A stretch of DNA of 64,000 bases. Source: Paraspadella gotoi. Taxonomy: Eukaryota > Animalia > Chaetognatha. A model generated the notes under the pieces. It had not been told where the DNA came from and ran no database searches. It saw only the letters and a program-made list of their open reading frames with translations. Numbering within the stretch: the first letter of the stretch is position 1; each line of letters begins with the position of its first letter. The position numbers and the translations under genes were made by a program. Of the stretch, positions 52,801-64,000 are shown one piece after another. Location of the stretch: the NCBI GenBank assembly GCA_051294375.1, contig CM119267.1, positions 15,101,083-15,165,082 of the forward strand, given 5' to 3'.

Positions 52801-55346
52801 TTTCAAGACTAAGAAATGACTAACAAAAAAACCACAAACAACTACAACGGCACTCCACGAAAAAGAATCAATGAGCCAACTCCTCTGATAGTACAAGGGT
52901 CGAACTCGGTGTTAAATCGTCGCCCCCTTTCCTACTTCCCCCACCAACCCGTGTTCGCACTCCGGCCCTTTTTCCGCCCCCTCGCGCCAACGGGTGCTCG
53001 AAAGAACCATCAAGAATGAGAGTTTGTCTTGAGTCGATGCCTCACAGCCTCGTTAAAAGGAAAAAAGGCTCGGGGCGAAGAGAGAGTCCCGTGGCCCATT
53101 TGAGAGGAGAAGGTCCCGCACTTCCCGCTGATCGTGCCGCTTCCGGAACACGAACTCACTTCTTGAAAGAAGGCGGGTGCCTTACCTTCAATATTTCTTT
53201 TTAAGATTGTGTCTTACTCTTTATAGCTTCTGCGGCTCTTTGAGTGAAAGACGAAAAAAGAAAGAAAGGAAAGAAAGAAAGAAAGGATAAGAAAGAAAAA
53301 AGAAGAAAGAAAGAAAGAGAAGAAAGAAAGAAAAGAAAGAAAGAAAGAACAAAAGAAAGAAAGAAAAAATAAAACTTTTGAATAACAAAAATATTAATAG
53401 ATACTAAGGCAATAAAGAAAAAATGGGAAAAAAAGTAAAGAAACACTAGTGGTGACAAAGAAACAAAATTATATTTGAAAAGTGAAAATAAAAAGAGGGA
53501 AAAAAAGAACTAATTTGGCGAGGGGAAAAAAAATTCCATATTCGCTCGAAAACGCGAAAAATAGAAAAACGAAGAAAACGGAAACGGTCCGATACGACTC
53601 GAGCGAGAAAGCCGGAGGGGGGGGAGGGGGCGACGTGCAGGTGTCTACTTTCGGATTTCACCGCTGAGCGGGGGTAAGGCGGAAGTGGGGGGGGAGAGAA
53701 GAGGCGTAAGCCGAAATAGGCTCGCAAAGGCGTCGATGGGGGGGGGTGTAACAGTCGACAAGCGCGGAGCCGGTTCAGCTTACAAGTTAACTCAGGACGT
53801 CACGCGCCATGGTTCTGGATCGCCACATAATGTCAACAACGGAATCGAGGGCGTCAAAGGAGAGAAGCGACTGACGGGAGACGCTCGAGGAAACGTCGCG
53901 CGAGGCGAAGAAGAGCGAGATAAAATGTTGCCAACGCGCCAGGCGGGATGATGAGAGGTAATCACTATCACACATCTATGAACATGTAAACATTGTACAG
54001 GCTTGGACCATTATAGTATGACAAAATATAATATAAACAAACAAAAAAAATAATTACTCGGAAACAATTGATCATTTTTAGTTAATCTGTACGTCTGTTA
54101 GAATTTTCGACTTTCTTATGTTTTTGTGTAGATATATGCATGCTGCTTAGGTAAAACTGTATTCTCGTACATTGTCTAAGTGGTCATTTAATGCTTTTTT
54201 TCTCCGCGCGGGTTGTAGAAGCCAAAACATTTTTTCAAGCGAGAGAGAGCGCCGGTTTAGCTACGAAAGAAACACAAAGGACTTTTTGACGAGTTCTTCG
54301 CCGACGGTCAAAACGTAAACCACTAAAGCGCCGCAAAATGAAAAAAAAAAAACGCGTTCTTACTCAAGGAGCGCGCGCTGGCGGTTGCTAGGCGGCGTCG
54401 CGCGGCGCTGGGCTACGTGATGGGCGTCGCTTTCCTCGACTCCTTTTGTTATGTTTCACGATGGAGAAAAGAAGGAAAAAATATTTTGCTGAATTTCTAT
54501 CGTGAATCGAATTCAGAGGAAAAAAACCCGCGATCGAATGAGCGCGCGACTCGAAAAGCCACGCTCGAACGCCCCCTGAATGACGCGGGAAGACCGTTCG
54601 TGCGTGTCGCTCTGCCCCAGTTCGTACAACGGTTGAAAAATGTTTGCTCGTTCGTTCATCGGAAGGGGAGAAAGTGGGTCGCCAAAGTGCGCTCGTGAAG
54701 TATGTGTCCGTCCGACCGTTCATATTACGTCTTTTAAAATTGGTGGCGTTTACGTTTACTATCACTGATCATCTACGTGTCTGGGAAGACTTAGCTAGCA
54801 TCACACACTCACGGCTTTTAGTTCATCTCACACACTTAAATCTCAAACCTTTTCTTTGTTCACGATGTCGTTCCATCTCAGCGCAGCACGGCAACCGACC
54901 GGAAATCGAGCCACGGCCCACTTTCCGGCCCTTTTTTTCGTTTTTCTTTCCCCTGTCAATTTCGATGGTAAGGAAGATATTGCGTCCTTCTTGCGTCAAT
55001 CTGCAATGGATAAAGGAAAGTCAAGCGTTTTTAAAATGGAAGAAGCGCCGGGATCACGAGGGCAGCTGTGGGACCAATTTTTGGCGGGAACTAGCGGACG
55101 GGTAAAATATGTTTAAAAGATTTGAAAAACCAGAGATATAATACGCAAAATAAAGTAATGAAAGTTTGCTTTGCGTAAATATCAAAAAGAGAAAAAAAAA
55201 CCAGACGAGAAAAAACAAAACATCGAAAAAACATCGAAACATCGATAAAAAAACATCAACAAATAAGTGATGAAAAACGACACAACACAAACTACGACGA
55301 ACGAAACAAGGAGTGATTAAATTCATCGCGCGACGACGACGACGAC

Positions 55347-55380
<34 letters not shown>

Positions 55381-55591
55381 AGTCTTTCGCGTCTCTCGTT
55401 GGCAACGTCAATCGGAAATCCAACGATTCGAATTTAAAAAAGAAAAAAAACAGAAAAAAACAAAAAAACAACAACAAAACACGAGCGTAAACAGAGAACA
55501 ATCCCATCCGGAATCCTCCCTCATGTTATCGCGCGCCATAAAACCATGTAAGGTTTCATACGTCTAACAACGTTTCCCGGGTTCTTCGTTC

Positions 55592-55684
55592 GCGGCGGCG
55601 GCGGCGGCGGCGGCGGGCGCGGCGGCGGCGGCGGCGCGGCGCAGGCGGCGGCGGCGGCGGCGGTCGGGCGGCGGCGGCGGCGGC
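55592..55684 (+). repeat. Interrupted (GGC)n trinucleotide tract
   Basis: About 90 bp of GGC units. Confidence 0.9.
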
Positions 55685-55972
55685 ACCTTCCCGCCCCGAC
55701 TTTTGGCGTGATTCGTTTTAACGGCTAAAAAAAGAAGCGGAAGATGACTTCGCTGAGATTAAGCTGAGAGATGAGATGAATGATACGTGAACGAAATTAA
55801 CTGAACGAGATGAAATGAATGAGTACGAATTGAACAAATTAACTGAACGATCTAGTTTTTTCTCCGAAAACAGAGCCGAGAAATTTAAAGTTTTTTTTTA
55901 AATAGAAGTATTAGATTTTTAAAAAAAGAAATCTCTCTTCTTTTTTTNNNNNNNNNNNNNNNNNNNNNNNNN

Positions 55973-57128
<1,156 letters not shown>

Positions 57129-57153
57129 NNNNNNNNNNNNNNNNNNNNNNNNN

Positions 57154-61717
<4,564 letters not shown>

Positions 61718-61721
61718 ACGT

Positions 61722-62508
61722 GAAAGAGTCGAAAGGCGAGCGAGTCGAAAGACGAAAGTCCGGGTGGGGATTTTGGGTAAGTTTGTGGGATGCAGCGTTT
61801 AGGAACTAATTTGGGAGCGAATGAGAGTTTGTTTGGCGCGGCGCGTTAACGTCATCATTCGATGTTTATCTCTACTTTGTCATGAACATTCACTTTTTTC
61901 CAACGAGCTTTTGTCGATATTGAAATATTTAGAATTTTCATATTTGAATTGAAGAAAGAGATTATCTTTTTCGAATCGCACAATTTTTCTCGAAACAACG
62001 TAGTTACAACTGTAGTGTAGTCCCACTGTAGTACTCCAGACTTTTCTTTTACTTTTTCCCACGAAGCGATTTTCTTTGGAGGAAACGCCGATGCTACTCG
62101 AGAATGCCGAGGACCCGCGACTTGTTTAAGGCCGGCTGCATGGAGAGGCGCCGGCCCTTTTCAAATCCGATTCCTCTCTCTCTCTCTCTCATCTCTCTTC
62201 TATCTCGTCCTCTCATCATCTCTGATCTTCTCTCATCTCTCGTTCCTCTCTCTCTCTTCTCTTTGCTCTCTCTCTCCTTCTCTCTCTCATCTCTCTCTCT
62301 CTCTCTCTCTCCTCTCTCCTCTCTCTCATCTCTCTCCTTCTCTCTCTCCCATCACTCACGACTTTGCCGCCCCCCGTTTTGAAAACTCGTATATTTCTCG
62401 CTTTTGAATTCGAACAAATCACGGGCGTCGTAAAGAGAGTCTCGTGAGTCGTCGCTGTCGTCGTCGTCGTCGTCGTCGTAAACGTTTTCTATGGTGTTCG
62501 TGACTTAG

Positions 62509-62542
<34 letters not shown>

Positions 62543-63921
62543 TTCTGTTGTTGTTCAAGTCGTCGTAGTTTTCGGCATAGAATTTATACTTATATAGTAA
62601 CAACGGTCGTCGTCATCGACGTCGTCGTCGTCGTCGTTAAAAACGCTAAGTTATCGTTGATGTTATTTCGATGATTTTTTTTCTGTTGAATTTGATTTTT
62701 ATATTTGAAATATTTTTAAAAAAATTTCGCCATGGAAAACAGGAACCCCGATAAATTTAAAACAATTCTATCACTTCGGTAATTTACTGCTAACGGTGTT
62801 GCATGTCTTAACGGAAAATGCATTTTATAGTTAATTTTTAAAAAAACATATAGTTTTCTCGCGCGCGCACCGTTGCTTCATCATCGTTGGTCGCGCGCGC
62901 GACGAATCGTCGTCGTCTTCGTCGCATTAATCGACTTCCTCGAAGGCGAATTCGTCGTTGACGCCATCGTCGTCAGAATTCATGCCTTTGTCGTTGTCGT
63001 TGTCGTCGTCGTTATTGACGTCGTTATCGTCGTCGTCGTCGTAAGATTTTCACATCAATTTTATTATTTCGATCTTCGTGGAGAAAGAGCGGAATAAATC
63101 GAGAGGCGCGAGTAGAGTTTTTCTTTCTTTTTTTCACTTTATTTTCTATTTTCTTTCTTTCTTTTTTCGCCTCATCTTTCGAAAAATAAAGGAGAAAGAA
63201 AAAAAAAGCTTTTAAAAGCTAAAAAAAAAAAAAAGGATGAGGAAAAAAGTCGAGGACGAAAAGAGAGAAAATGGAGAAGGTGAAAAAAGCGGGAGTTAAG
63301 AGTCGTAGGGTTATGAGGAAAGAAAAAGGAAAGCTTTTTTTTTATTTTGCGGCGAGCTTAAAAGCTTTTTTTATCGATAGTATTAACCTCGGCCGTGAGA
63401 GAAAGAAAAATGTGGGCAAAGGATTGAAGATTGGCCAAAACGCAGACCCGCTTAAGATCGTTGGAGATTTGTTTTCTCTGTTGACCTGATTGAGTAAGTG
63501 TCGACCTGTTTGCGCTTTCGATTCATAAATCGGGCTTTTATATGAAATCTATATTAAATTATTATTAAATTATTATCTATTTACTTTTTTATTTTGTTTT
63601 ATTTTTTTCAGTATTTTCCTTTCACTTTCCGACTAGTACCTTTCTTTAGCTGTTTGATACTCTGCCTCTGAAATGTTTCATTTTTATATCTTTATTTTCT
63701 TTGCCTGCGTAGTGCGTACTAGGTACCTCCTATTTCTCATAACCTTTTTCTTCTTCTTTTCTTTTCGACTTTTTATTCTCCTCTTTTTTTTACGCGCGTC
63801 CTCTAAATATTATTATTGATCTTTTTCCTCCTTCTCACTGCTTGATGTTCTTTTCGGCCGCGAGCCATTCCGTCCAGTTTTATCCTTACATCGAATACCC
63901 TCCCCATCGCTCGATCACCGT
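61722..63921 (+). repeat. Direct copy of ~50453-52713
   Basis: Colinear from GAAAGAGTCGAAAGGCGAGC to CGCTCGATCACCGT, indel-rich. Confidence 0.9.
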
Positions 63922-64000
63922 AAAAACCCACGAGAGGAATACAACCAAAGACATTAGCCTAGGATCATTCACGTTTAGTTGATTAACCATTAAATCTAAC

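Noticed and set aside
53685-55116. ORFs of 60-153 aa in the unique island
   Set aside because: Mostly non-ATG starts, no recognisable motifs, and no compatible exon chain found.

Overview
Eukaryotic (animal-like, probably invertebrate) genomic DNA from a gapped draft scaffold, rich in (GA/TC)n, (GAAA)n and (GAC)n microsatellites. Most ORFs in the six-frame track are spurious read-throughs of these repeats. Three spliced minus-strand genes are well supported. (1) A class I alpha-1,2-mannosidase (GH47) runs off the left edge and carries apparent single-base deletions. (2) A full 3-exon, 1587-aa ABCC/MRP1-type transporter has its whole core in one 3.9-kb AT-rich exon. (3) A 3-exon, ~540-aa type II membrane coiled-coil/pentraxin protein (NPTXR-like architecture) has a long Tyr/Pro-motif cytoplasmic tail and lacks the canonical pentraxin cysteines. 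From ~35.2 kb to 63.9 kb most of the sequence is direct and inverted re-copies of earlier sequence, bounded by exactly 25-N gaps and carrying indel-rich error gradients. This is most likely long-read gap-filling artefact, and it includes a frameshifted second copy of the pentraxin gene. I found no prokaryotic systems, CRISPR arrays, rRNA, intact tRNA or transposase. The most biologically novel candidate is the signalling-type membrane pentraxin; I cannot claim a new multi-gene system.
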